Part shown: one piece after another, positions 10,469-23,273 of the stretch
How positions within the stretch are numbered: position 1 is the first letter of the stretch
Layout of the letters: each line of letters starts with the position of its first letter
Assembly (NCBI GenBank): GCA_050084985.1
Contig: JBITNC010000001.1
Coordinates: forward strand, 191,332,001-191,396,000
Direction of reading: 5' to 3'
Length of the DNA stretch: 64,000 nucleotides
Origin: Nageia nagi
Taxonomy: Eukaryota; Plantae; Pinophyta
The notes under the pieces: generated by a model
The model's input: the letters and a program-made list of their open reading frames with translations, nothing else
The model's database searches: none
Told to the model about the DNA's origin: nothing
Position numbers and translations under genes: made by a program

Positions 10469-13400
10469 TAAACATTTGAAACAACAAGACTACAAAATGT
10501 GTGGTTCACAAGACAAATTTGGATTTACCAAAATAATTGACTAATATTTTTTGGTCTAAATGTCTTCTATATGGATCTCACTATTTATAATAGTTTTCTC
10601 TCCTTTTTCATTTTTTAACTAATTAAAAAGATTAATAATAAAAAAACAATTTACTTAATGAACTCCCTTTTGATTCACTCAAACAAACAAGGACACACCC
10701 TCTTTTAATAACTCCTCTATAAATAATCTTTTAATTAATAAAAGATTATTAAAATATAGCTTAATCATTTTAAAAAAAGGACTCAACTATTAAAGTAAAA
10801 ATAACAATTCCTTATAAGGCCTAGAGTTACATATGTTATTTTAAAGACACGTGAACCCACAGAGCTTTGACTTATAAAACATACAAATGACGGTCTTAAA
10901 ATAAAATAGAACAATCTCACGGGGCGGATTGATCAGAGCAAAAGGAGAATTATGTGCCTGCAGATGCAACCTCACATCCGTCACTGGAGAATTAAGCACT
11001 GCAATGACTCACGTCCGTTGTTGGAGAATTAATTTAACAAAGGGCCAAGATAGAGCTTGGTACTACTCATGTTGTGTTTAACCCTTACTTAGCTTATTAC
11101 CTTCTTGTCTACATTAAGGAGAAAACTATTTTTGAGTAATTTTGGAGTCCCAAAGCGTATAGATATCCTGTGAGACCTGAATTTAGAAGAAATCTTCTGA
11201 TTTTCCAAGATTCCACTTATAGAGGTCACACCCAAAAGGCTGAGGCAGTGTTCATGGCATTTAACAGAGATATCCAACTTACCAAGCATCTGACCTTGAA
11301 TGAGCATGATAACTCGGAGGATATTAAATAAGATGTTTAAAAGTTTAGGAAAGGACTCCGATGGAGTAGCATGTACTACTGTCAAAGATAACTATCCACA
11401 ATTGTTTTTTATGCAGTTGATTGTATTACACGTCTGCAAGGCTAGTTTACATACTAGTAGATAGATGCCTTTGCTACCTTCGCCTTGTAAGATTGTTATT
11501 TGAAGGGGATGGAGCTATTTCACTGCTAGTTTTATGGTTCATGGCTCAAGGCGACACAGAACAATTAAGAGGAGTTCTGGAGTCTTCCATGAAAGGCCCT
11601 ATCATTTAATTTTTTAGGCTATCGCATTTTTTCTTTTTTAATTTGATATGATAACTCTAAGGTGGCAAAAGGAGAAATACAAGTGAAAAAAACTTTTGAA
11701 GAAATCCATATTAAAGTACGTTCATACCAAGTGAAGAGCAGCACGCATAAGATAGAAAAAATATGTAGTTAAAAATCATTCATATTTATCTGCAGATAAG
11801 GGCTGGAGGGCATCCTTCATATGAATAGTTTTGGTTCGGACCTTAAAGAGAAGAGGTATAATGGTTTAATTTTAACTTTTGGTATGTCTTGTCAAATGCT
11901 ATTGATGCAGCTTCGGCATTCCACTTCTGAGATGCTAAAAACTAGGAGATCTTAGCTTTGAAGAGTTTTCTTTTAGGTGGTTTTAGATTCCCTTCATTGG
12001 AATTATATTCATAAGAATTGATGCTGATGCTAGAACCTATGGACCAATTATGGATGCTCATATAACCTTTTGAATATTAACACAAATGCTCTGTCTCTGA
12101 GCTGCAGCAACTCTTGTTTAGGAGTATTTTTCCTGGAGTGTGGATTGACTTTCAACACCCACCATCAACCCATGCATCAACTTCAAAACACCTAGCCTTG
12201 CTTTGGTATTATGGTAGAACCTATGGACCAGGTAGGACTCAAGCATAGAACCTCCTAATTACTGGCACATGCACTCTTCCGTCGAGCTATCGGCCATCAT
12301 GTCACAAGGGTGGCCACCTCGTGCACACTAGCAATTTTATAGACCTCTTGTGATATCAAGAGATTCAAGACCATTCGAAGAACGAGCCAATGACTTAATT
12401 TCTTCTCACGATAATGTCTTCTTTCTTACATCTTGGCTAGATAGAAAAATACTTTTCTTTTTCTTTTTCTCTATGAGAATTATGAACTTTCATTGATTAA
12501 AACGAAATCATTACATGCATATATAGGTTTTGGACAAACTTAAATATAGACTCAACTAAATATAAACTCAAGTTGGATAAACTCAACTTGTTACAACCCA
12601 ATCTTGAAAAAGCATAAATTTAGAAGTCCTAAAATTATCCTAACATGTTAGATAACAACTAGGCGAACCAAACACCCAAAATAGCAACTCCTAAAACTAA
12701 ACTGGGAACAAAAACATCATCCCAAACATGCTAAAAATGAAGGTGATGCTGTTGCATGGTCGTGGTGATAATAACATCACTACGATACTGATGAAGGGAC
12801 TAATAACAAGATTAGTGCTTCCAAGGATGGGTGAGGAGGGAGGCTTTTGGGGATGATGGGCTTGGGAAATACTACTACTACAACTGATAATAATAGCTGA
12901 CAAGGGGAAGAAGGAGGGGTTGACTACAAAGAACCTCATGGTAGAGAGGAGGCACAGTAAGAAGCTCAATTATAGACTCTACATGCTTCGCTTAGTTGTT
13001 CCCAAAATCAACAAGGTTGGTTGGATTATTTGTCTTTTTAGGATCAGGAGCTCAAGGGGTGGAATTGTTTCGTTTTTCCTATGCATGGGCTGCTTGACTT
13101 TTTTCTTTAGATTTGAAATGATGTTTGATCTGGGTGCAATACTTTGATGTCATTTCTTCTCTTTTTCTTCCTAAATTATTTTTGTTCTTAGTGCACGATA
13201 ATATTCACTCCAACTTGTTTCAATTTGTCCTTCTTCTTATTTGAGGGCATCTTCATGACTCTGGTATGGTGTTGAAACTATGGATTAATTATTATTGAAT
13301 TATCTAACTCTTGAATTTTAGCATTAGTTGTAGATCCTCTATTTAACATTATTATATAGGAAATTTTCATATAATGTTGTATTGTGGATTGACCTCCAAC

Positions 13401-14549
13401 TATCAATCTTCTATGTTTTGAAAGCTGGCCATGTCCTACCTATATTTATAGGAATCTTTGGAGTAACCCAGGGTAGGTACAACCGTAGAAGAACAACATA
13501 TTCAGAACTCTGCTCCACTGCTCTGATTCTTCAGGTATGAGATATAGGGTGCTACAAGTAGAGATGGCGTAATAGCCAGTCTAGAGATCATGTTAATGAA
13601 TGGAGAGAGAGTGTAAGACAGTGCACCTTCTACTGCATCAAAAGTAACTTCCTGATGGGAAAAAGTTTACATTATTAAAGCAAGAAGATTAGCTGAAGAG
13701 CAAACATGGTGGAAGGGAGATCTTTGGTAGAGACTCCAACATAACAGCATTAAATTAAGTTCATATATCAGTTTTAATGAAGCATTAAGGTATCATTATA
13801 TTAGCCATAGCATTAAATTTTGTATGTATAGTACATCAAAATATGCTTTAACAAATAGTTTGCTGAATTCATGGTGATGCCCTCTCTATCAGTTCCTATC
13901 CATGAAACTAGCAGTTGTTAATCCTAGGCTTGACTTGAGCATTGCCAATTTTTTTACCAAGAGATAAAACCCATTACTAATAAATTGTTACTATTTGGTA
14001 TGTTGTAAAAATTATTCGATAAATCTTGCCTTAGTTTTTTGCTTTGTCATCATTATCCCACATTTATATTGGTTTTCTAATTGTTGTGCAGATGATGGCC
14101 CCATGTGGGAACTTTTCTTCCATGGGAGGGGTAGCAGCAACATGCTGCATTACAAGAAGTGTATGTTGCAGATTGGATATTCCTAAGTGCAGCAGATATA
14201 ACATCACTGTACAGGGCACCTATTTCTGAAGATATTTGTTGATACTAACTTCAATTAAGGACAAACTTCTTAGATAAAATGCATCCATGAATTTCTTTTT
14301 ATCATAATCATTATTATTATTGAAGTTCATATATCAGCAAACATAATGGCAGAGAGATCTAAAATTGATCCATATATATATAAGCATTTTACTGATGCGT
14401 TCATAGACTAAAATTAAGAAAAGGACAACATGATCAACAAGCAGCAAAGGAAAGAAAGGCATAATGGTTTTACTAAGTTCAGTTTTAAGATGCTAAAAGA
14501 AATTATTCCTAGTTCCATATTCCGAATAAAGTAGAAAAATACAACATGA

Positions 14550-15500
14550 TCTCAGTCTACCCCTTTTTATCAACATACCTTGAACACAAGCTTCTCTTCC
14601 TTCGAATGATGATGTCCATTCATTGATGGGCTCTGTCTCATTGGCCATATAGATATGCAAAATATCAAAGTCCTTCAAAATCAAATGTAAAACATTATTA
14701 AAATATAAATATAAGAATATATAAAATCTGAGATGAAGTTTACAGTAACTTTCAAGTTCAATATGGAAAAACAAAATATCAAATCCTCTTCAGTTTTAAA
14801 TTCTAACAAATAGAATGATTTTAGAAATCCTAAAAAAGAAAAACAAAATAACAAAGCATTGGACGCGACAATGGATGTTAGGGATTTAACTTCTTTGCGT
14901 TGCCTGCCTTCTCACCCTGGCAACAACCCCAAAACCTTGGCAGCAATCCTAAATAAATATCATGCTGGTTAACCAACGCTGCCACTCTCCCCACTGCCAT
15001 TATAGGTCACCTTCCCACTCATCTGCATTATCATTCCCTGCTCCAAATTCAGAACTCAAACATTCACAACATTTTTCATTATCGATAGAACACAAACCCA
15101 TGTTGTAAAAATTCTTTGAATGTGATCTCATCGCAAGGGATACATTATTATTTCCTAAAACCCAGTCTACTTCACATATAATCGATTTTTTAATCACACA
15201 AAATTACCTTGAGATCTTTGTTGAGAATGTTAGACAGAGCCGATAGAAGAGTTGTCTTCCCAAAGGCAACAACGTCATTCTTCAAAGCAGAACAATGTCT
15301 CAGTCCAGAAGAAGGCAGGATTCATGTAAACATTAACTACTGCTTGATAAAGCAAATATTGAAGACATTTGCAACCAACATCAGAAACTGTTATGAATTA
15401 AGCACTGTATTTATACGAAGCGTTACCTGCTGGGAAAGCAGAACCTCTGCCATCTCAAGCAAATAGTTGGGTATGGCATGAAGAGCTCTGGTTCAGGCGC
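14550..15500 (-). pseudogene. PDR-type (full-size ABCG) transporter pseudogene, NBD1 exons
   Basis: Exon 15279-15208 reads (R)MTLL..GKTTLLSALSNILNKDLK with ag/gt borders (Walker A exon, with a deletion); exon from 15022 reads MSGKVTYNG..RVAALVNQHDIYLG; SFEGREACV near 14600; upstream exon ends ..PSR|gtaac. Confidence 0.8.
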
Positions 15501-15979
15501 TTGAAAAAGACAGAATGCAGAAATTCTCATTGTCTGAGCAGAGGCAGTAGGGTTTCTAAAGCAATGAGCAACCAAATTACCTTTTAATACTTTTTAACTC
15601 ATTAATTTGTTTTAGCTGAGCAACCAAATTAATTACTTTTTTTTTTTGCCAGCTCATCTCCAACGGTTATATATTTCAAACTTAACCACATACAATGAAT
15701 CCTATTTGCATATGATTTATTTTTCTTAGCAAAGTGAATTAAGGAAATTTGTACATAAGTGAAATGGTTTTGTGTTTTATCAATCTATAAAATATACCCA
15801 TGTTACAAAATCATATCCAATTTCTATATTTTTATTTTAGAATTTATATTTATATTGATGAACTTGATTTTTATTATTTTGATGTTGTTTTCATTGTAAA
15901 TATGAATTTGTATAGTTTATCTTGATGAAATTTTAGATTATTATTATTATTTAAATTTCACATCTTAAAGCCATGGGTA

Positions 15980-16640
15980 TCTTTGGCATGATTATGAAAA
16001 TTTGAAAATAAGTCATCAAAATCAACAATCAAACTTCCACATTGATAGCATTCATCCACCTCTTGAACACGAATAAATTTTTGATCTCTTCAAATAAAAT
16101 ATGAACCTCTTACATAATTTTCTCTCACAAAACGGAAGGTTCCTTTATCAAGTGTTAATTAAACCTAGCAATCATATACCTTTAACTAAGCTAAAATATT
16201 CCATACCTCACCACATAAACTCAATCTTTCTATCCATTAAACAAAACATTCAAGTCCAATAGCATATCCCTACTTAATTTTATATCCCCTAGATAACATG
16301 AATATAATTTCCAAGCACAAATAATACGACTTTATAACAAACAACAAAATACCCTTGAAAAATCTATGGTTATTACTTCTTTAGCTCCTTATATCATAAT
16401 CCACTCTATTCCTCCTAAATTATATATTCTAAAAAAATACAATTATGGACAATAGAAGGTATATCCTTGCATGTCTGAGCCTTCATCCAATTATACATTA
16501 TTTTGCACTTGATGAAATCCTTTAAATCAAACTTTTTCCTCAAAGCCTTGTGGACACTATTAGTTATTAGTTTTATACCCTTCTATAGAAATCAATCCTT
16601 GAATTTGAACCACTTATCCAAATTTTTTGTATCGATAGAG
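15980..16640 (-). mobile_element. Possible decayed LINE 3' fragment
   Basis: Minus-strand CYQCGSLIVDFDDLFSNF weakly resembles the C-terminal zinc-finger region of plant L1 ORF2. Confidence 0.25.
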
Positions 16641-16988
16641 TAGACCAAAGATAAAGAATAAAAGTCATAATGAGAACTAGACATATGCAATAGAGCTAGC
16701 TAACCATTAACTCATAAGACCTATCAAATAAAGTCAATTAATGCAAATTGTAGATAATAGAATTATAAAGTGGTGGATTTGGACTTAAGACAAAGAAGGG
16801 AGATATAATGAATAATTAAGTAGTTTCAACCACTTATAACTTTTGTTTAGTTGGAAAATCTAGGATTCTTGAAATCAATGCTATTAAACAAAAACCTAAT
16901 ATACATATGTAATTATGCTTTTAGATTTAATTAATTATATATAAAGAATAATATATAACATACCTAAATAATGTACCTCATATATATT

Positions 16989-17145
16989 CACTAGACCAAA
17001 ATAGGCTTTAGGGGCAGCCAATTCGGTATATTTTAAGGAGGTGGTTTTAAACCACCTTAATTTTGGGTTTTAATGGTGGCTTTCATGGGGTTGTTTTGAA
17101 CTACCGCTAAAAATATAAGGAGGTGGGTTAAAACCACCCCTCAAT
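16989..17145 (+). mobile_element. CACTA (En/Spm) terminus with subterminal palindromic repeats
   Basis: CACTAGACCAAAAT at 16989, then GGTGG..CCACC stem motifs (aggtggttttaaaccacct; ggtgggttaaaaccacc). Confidence 0.6.
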
Positions 17146-17329
17146 ATAAAAAATAAAAAATAAAAATCATGTGGGAGACTTAAGCAGGCAATTTTGAAAG
17201 TTCTTAGGCATTTGAGTTTCGAGTTTACCATTGTGAGGGGGTAGAAGAGAGGAGAGGTTAGAATAGGCATTTCAAGTTTTTTTAGAAAGGTGAGGGATAG
17301 AGGAGAGAAGAGGCAAGTAGAGTCATTAG

Positions 17330-19420
17330 AAAGTATTCTTCCACATTTTTACATTTTAATCTTGTTAAATAATTATCATTCCTTGTATTCTTCTATATTT
17401 TTAAAATAAGGCTTAACACCTAACAATTGCATGTGGAATAAAAGTCTTTAAGGTATTTTTTTATGTGTGTTTTGAAATCATTACCGACCATGATACTATA
17501 AATTTGCATTATGCATCTTATAAAATAATTACTAGGCCTTGTGTATTCTTCCACATTTTGCATATATATCTTAGGGCCTTTTTTAGAAACATTATTGTGC
17601 ATGTATCCAACAATTATTGCATACCATGAAATTGTATTTGCATCACACATTTTATCAACAATATTCTTAAGCCCTATATTTTCTTTCACATTTTGCATAC
17701 ATGACTATAAGGGCATTCAAAATCACAAAATTCAATTTACAAGCATCATGTAAACATAGCCATACAAGTAATTCAGTTTTTATTGCTACTTTGGCAATGA
17801 AGTTTAAATATCCATGAAGTTAGCCTATACAAATTATAATGTTTGATTTATAAGCACCAAGTAGACATATCCATACACTCAATTCAAGTTTTATGGATTT
17901 TTTGGTAGTGAAATTCAAATCTCCATCAAGATACAACATTCGATTTGAAGTACCAAGTAAAAATAACCACATACCCAATTTAGGTTTTATGGGTATTTTA
18001 TCAATAAACTTCAAACCTCCCTCAATACAGCATGCACAAACCACAACATTTGATTTACAAGCACTAACTCATAAACATATCCATATATGCAATTTAGGTC
18101 TTATAGGTATTTTGAAAGTGAAGTTCAAAGCTCCTTCGAGATAGAACATTTGATTTACAAGAACTAAGTAGACACATCCACAAACTCAATTTAGTTTTTA
18201 TGCATATTTGGGTAGTGAAGTTCAAATCTCTTTCAATATATCAAATAAAACACACAACATTCGATTTACAAGAATGAACTAGATACATCCACACATATCA
18301 ATCAAGTTTTATGGGTATTTTGGTATGAAGTTCGAAGCTCCCTCAAAATAGCTTGCACACCTACCAAAACATTCAATTTACAAGCACCAATTATACATAT
18401 TCCAATTTAGGTTTTGTGGGCATTTTGATAGTGAAGTTCAAAGCACCCCAAAGATAGCCTATACATACAAGAACCAAGTAGACACATCAACACACCTAAT
18501 TCAAGTTTTATGAGTATTTTAGTAGTGAAGTTTGAAGATCCCTCATGGTAACCTACATAAACCACAACATTCAATTTACAAGTACCATGTAGACACATCT
18601 ATATACCCAATTCAAGTTTTATGGGTATTTTGGTAGTGGAGTTCAAAGCTCGCTCAAGATAGTTTGCATGACCAAGAAGATCAACAATGCATGTATAATG
18701 ATTCATCCTAGAAAATAATGCAATAAGAATTGCTCACTTTATTAAAATATTTACAAGTTATATAAACACAGAAAACTTATGTTGTAAGGGTTTATTCATA
18801 AGTGCTTTGTAATATCAAAGAGTTTAATGGTATATTAGTTGTAGCTATGAATTACATGTCCTCCAATCATTACATTTTATGAAATTGTATCTATGAACTT
18901 AATTAGGTGAGCACACAAAAATCTATTATGTAATTAGAGATAAACTTATTTGCAATACAATAATTTCTTACTTAAAAGTTATTCATAACACTTTTTTAAA
19001 AAATAAAATGGAACATGGTTTCTTATCTATTTGAAAGCATGCTCCATGTACAATAACATTCTCCATGTTTGAAATGCAATTTTCTACTTCGAAATTAATA
19101 TTTGAAAGTAAAATATAAGATGCAATATATATAGGCTTTAAAAAAGGGATTATTACCACAAACACCCCTATTCCTACATTTTTATGTGATTTGCAAGCAC
19201 CAAGAAGACACATCCACATACTTAATTTAGGTTTTATGGGCATTTTGGTAATAAAGTTCAAAGCTTCCTCAAGATATCATGCACAACCAAGCTAGTCCAA
19301 AATATATGCATAATGCTATTTTTTATAGAAAATCCATTTTGTGCATATCTTATGATCATTGCAATCCATGAAATTATATATGCATCATGCATCTTATCAA
19401 AATATTATCAAACCTTGATA
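17330..19420 (-). pseudogene. Scrambled PLS-class PPR pseudogene fragments including an E-domain
   Basis: DKMCDANTISWYAIIVGY (17420..17698); NFITKMPIKPKLSMWMCLLGACKSHKNV..SYILLSNI (18983..19261); HYTCIVDLLGHA at ~18665-18700. Confidence 0.9.
17790..18705 (-). repeat. Tandem array 1 (about 9 units) of a ~111-bp PPR S2/E1-derived repeat
   Basis: GAAGTTCAAA-like anchors at ~17799, 17910, 18006, 18120, 18217, 18327, 18433, 18527, 18638; consensus YLEGALNFTTKIPIKLELGVWMCLLGACKSNVVVCAG. Confidence 0.9.
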
Positions 19421-19539
19421 GTTGAATGTTGGTATATGCTTATAGGGGAAATTAAATCTTGATAATGTGCAGAGTGGTACTCTACCCAGAAAAGAAAAAA
19501 GAAAGATATGAAAATCAGTTGAATATATCATAAAAAGCA

Positions 19540-20225
19540 AAGAGCCAATGATAGGAAAGGTTCACACCAGTAAGTACTTGAAATTTGATAGAGTTATTCA
19601 ATAATGATTGATCTACGTATATTACAATTGATTATGGTTTTATTAGCAACAACGGTGTATTATAGAAAATTTAAAAATTAGATGGGTGTGATCTTGTTTA
19701 GTGAGTAAGGAACCTAAAGATGCAACTCATAACATAATTAAATCTAATGTAAAGATTGATATAAATTACAAGCTTAACGATGGTTTGGATAACAAGCCTC
19801 ACTATGCCTTTATTAGTGAGCTTGATGATGGTCTAGTCAATGAGCCTGATAATGCTTTGGCCAAAAAAGAAGGTATGTAAACTATACAACAAATTTGCCC
19901 ATAATGTTGTTTACTTGTAGTTGTCATTCTATAAGGCATAGCAATATTTGGATTGTACCTAATGTATAGGTATTGATGCCATATCATCACACACTTTAAA
20001 CTCTAAAATCAAATAACAAGAGGTCCACCAAGATTTGTGATTAATGTGAGCAACATAAATAAGATGGAGATCATTAGTAATCTGATTGGATTACCCATTG
20101 GAGAAAATACGATGATGTTTTTATCCTTTTTGGGACTAGTACTCAAGGAGCTTGTTCCTATCACTTATAAATACTAGAAGCTAATCCCAACAAAAGTTAA
20201 AGATAATTATTAGACAATAGTTAAG
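19540..20225 (+). pseudogene. CACTA transposase remnants (possible TnpD C-terminus; TnpA-like exon at 20016-20225)
   Basis: TRGPP..GLPIGENTMMFLSFLGLVLKELVPITYKY*KLIPTKVKDNY*TIVK followed by a gtaag donor; weaker IDYGFISN and SKEPKD upstream. Confidence 0.7.
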
Positions 20226-21009
20226 GTAAGTTACTAGTGGTCAAAATATTTCATAGTTTCCACTTTTAAATACTTATATAAATGTTGTATCAAATAAGAT
20301 AATGAATAAATATGGTAATAATATTTGGGAAAGACTGCAAGATATATTGGAATTGTAAAAAAGATATGACAAAAAGGAAATCCCATCATAAACTAGAAGG
20401 TTTCCTTTGATAATGACAAGATAAGAATAATCATCCCTAGAGAGCTAACATAGAAAGTTGAAGTAGGATAAAGAATTACTCTAATTGGAAAACTAGTGGT
20501 AGTAAGGTGTTACCAACCCAATTTTGAGCTTTCAAAATCTTGAATAAAAGGAGATTTTTTTATATTTCAGATACCACTTCATGTTTGATTATTTTTTTAC
20601 TCATGATCTTATTTTTCACCTTTGTGATCACTACATTTGATCAATCTCTTGAACATGCTTGATGAATTCATCCTTGGTTTTCATAGTCCAAATAAGTGAA
20701 ATTATGATTTATCAAAATCAAAGTGTCAAATAATTGATTTTATGGTTTCATATCAAAGAGCTCTGCATTAAGGTCTGTCACCTTTTACAACTCATCAAAA
20801 GGAGCTACAATTTATGAGATCTTAAACATTTAAGTTTTATTAAAAATGAGCAATTTCATTAAATTGTTAATTCATATATTTTTATCGATATTTTTGGAAA
20901 TCTAAAATTTATGAAACATGTCATGCATATAATCATTAGAAAAATATCAGTTGCAAGAAGCTCATATAATTAATAGAATCAAAAATGAAATCCATTTATA
21001 AAATATCCA

Positions 21010-21750
21010 CACAACCAATTTAGATTTTATGATTATTTTAGCAATAAAGTTCAAAGCTCCCCCAAGACAACATGCACAAACCATAGCATTCAATTTACAA
21101 TGACTAACTCATAGACATATCCACATACCCAATTTATGTTTTATAGGTATTTTGGAAGTGAAAAGCTCCCTCAAGATAGAATATTTAATTTATAAGAATG
21201 AAGTAGATGCATCCACACATCCAATTTAGATTTTATTGCTATTTTGGTAGTGAAGTTCAATTCTCCCTCGAGATAGCCTACAGAAACCATAAAATTTGAT
21301 TTATAAGAACTAACTAGATACATCCACACATCCAATTTAACTTTGATAGGTATTTTGGTAGTGAAGTTCAAATCTCCTTCAAGATAACCTAGACCTATCA
21401 CAACATTCAATTTACAAGAACCAAGTAGACATATTCACATATCCATTTAAGTTTTATGGGTATTTTGATAGTGAAGTTCAAATCTCCCTCAAGCTAGCTT
21501 ACATGAACCATAATATTTGATTTACAAGCACCAAGTAGAAACACCCATGCACCTAATTTATATTTTATGGGTATCTTGGTAGTGAAGTTTAAATCTTCCT
21601 TATGATAAGCTACATAAATCATAACATTCAATTTACGTACACCAAGTAGATACATATACACATCCAATTAATGTTTTATGGGTATTTTGGTAGTGAAGTT
21701 TAAAGCTTACTCAAGATAACTTGCATGGACAAGAAGATCAACATTGCATG
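21010..21750 (-). repeat. Tandem array 2 (about 7 units) of the 111-bp PPR-derived repeat
   Basis: Anchors at ~21047, 21160, 21252, 21363, 21473, 21584, 21695; ORF 21171..21410 reads two units in frame. Confidence 0.9.
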
Positions 21751-21967
21751 TGTAGACACCTAAAAATGAATTATTATTAATCAAATAATTCATTTTATAG
21801 CATCAATGATATTTATTGTAAAAAGGGGTTAAAAATATACCCAAGGCAATGTAATTAATGTAATCGACCATAGAACAACATAAAAGGTATCAAATATCAA
21901 TAAAGACACGACAAACAATGTAATGTGCAATGATCCCAAGAATCAAAGATGATCAAGATGTTGCTAT

Positions 21968-22450
21968 TGAAGGATTTAGACTAGATCTAAACAAATCCTC
22001 AAGGACCAAGACTAGGAAACTCAATCATACTCAAGATAACACCATTCACACAAGATAACACAAGTGTAATGTGGTTCCTCCCTCCTTGGGAGTACATCCA
22101 CAACTAGTATCTCAATTCTCAAGTATGCCCCTCTTACAACTATTCTCTTCCTCTCCTACACAACTAGTAGAGTAATCTTACTCCAAAAACTTAGTTATGT
22201 TACAAGAGGAGAGGCCCTCTATTTATAGCTTGAGAGCACCTCCCTAACCTCCCTTTAACCCAAGGGTAAGGTTAGGGTTACATTAAATGTATCACCTAAC
22301 TTTAACCTACCAACTAACCACTTGGTAAAGTCAAAGTCTACATAATAAAGAATTCAATTAATCCCTTAAGGTATCTACATATCCTTTAAGTGATTAATTG
22401 AATTTACAAGGAGTTTAGATATTCATAATATTTCATTACAAATTCTAACA
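21968..22450 (-). repeat. 3' LTR of the Copia
   Basis: TGTTAG..CCTTCA on minus; 9 substitutions versus the 5' LTR (manual count). Confidence 0.97.
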
Positions 22451-22459
22451 CTCCCCCTT
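22451..22459 (-). promoter_or_regulatory. Polypurine tract
   Basis: AAGGGGGAG abutting the 3' LTR. Confidence 0.92.
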
Positions 22460-22934
22460 AATGCAATATTGGGATAGAGCATAGAAGAGAGAAGAGAGAG
22501 AGTAAGAGAGAGTTCTCCTCCATAGAGATACAAGTGGAGATGAGAACATTTACATATTTGAGAATCTTTTTGAGAACTAGTTTGAGACTCACTACATTAC
22601 CATTTGACAAAAATAGTTTACAATACAATCATTAACCACAACTGGTTTCACTGTACATAGTATTCGATCAACTTTAAGCTGACATGTGAGTCTCCATGAG
22701 CTTGCTTACACAAGATGAGTAACCTGCATTTCTGAAGAAGATTCTACATGCTACAAGCAACTCATGAACAAAATCAGTTAGATGCATCATATATTCAAAT
22801 AAGAGAATCAAATAATGTCATCTTATAAATAATTGATCAATGGTGCACTATAAGTCATCACAGAGATGCCAAGCCATCACTCATAGTCACCTGTTGTATA
22901 TAGACATGTGTTGATTTTTAATAGAGCATAAAAA

Positions 22935-23222
22935 TTATACAACGAGTTTCTCACGTAGAGCAAACTCACCACAGAGGGATAGAATGTACAACAAGTTCCT
23001 TACGTAGAGCGAACTTACCATGGAGGTATATTAATTATATGCTCAAAATTTGTACAACAAGTTTCTCACGCAGAGCAAACTTACCACGGAGGTATAAAAT
23101 ATACAACAAGTTTGTCACGTAGAGCAAACTTACCACTGAGGTATAAAATAATCAACACTCTATAACAATAATTGTACAATAAGTTTGTCACGCAGAGCAA
23201 ACTTACCACAGAGGTATAGAAT
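22935..23222. repeat. Five ~50-70-bp tandem units in the Copia 3' region
   Basis: Core tacaacaagtttctcacgtagagcaaacttaccacagaggtata at ~22938, 22987, 23052, 23103, 23175. Confidence 0.9.
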
Positions 23223-23273
23223 GCACAATCAAAAAGGCCTCTTAGAGGTGAAGTTGTCATCACTAACAAAAGT

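Noticed and set aside
13500-14650. Intact small spliced gene starting MANETEPINEW..
   Set aside because: Splice-like sites exist but the product is unrecognisable, and the first block is better explained as a decayed PDR exon.
15209-15466. Three-copy ORF MRSLLRML.. as a novel conserved small protein (also 40504..40752, 54735..54983)
   Set aside because: It is the antisense shadow of the PDR Walker A exon and adjacent intron, with a TTG start.
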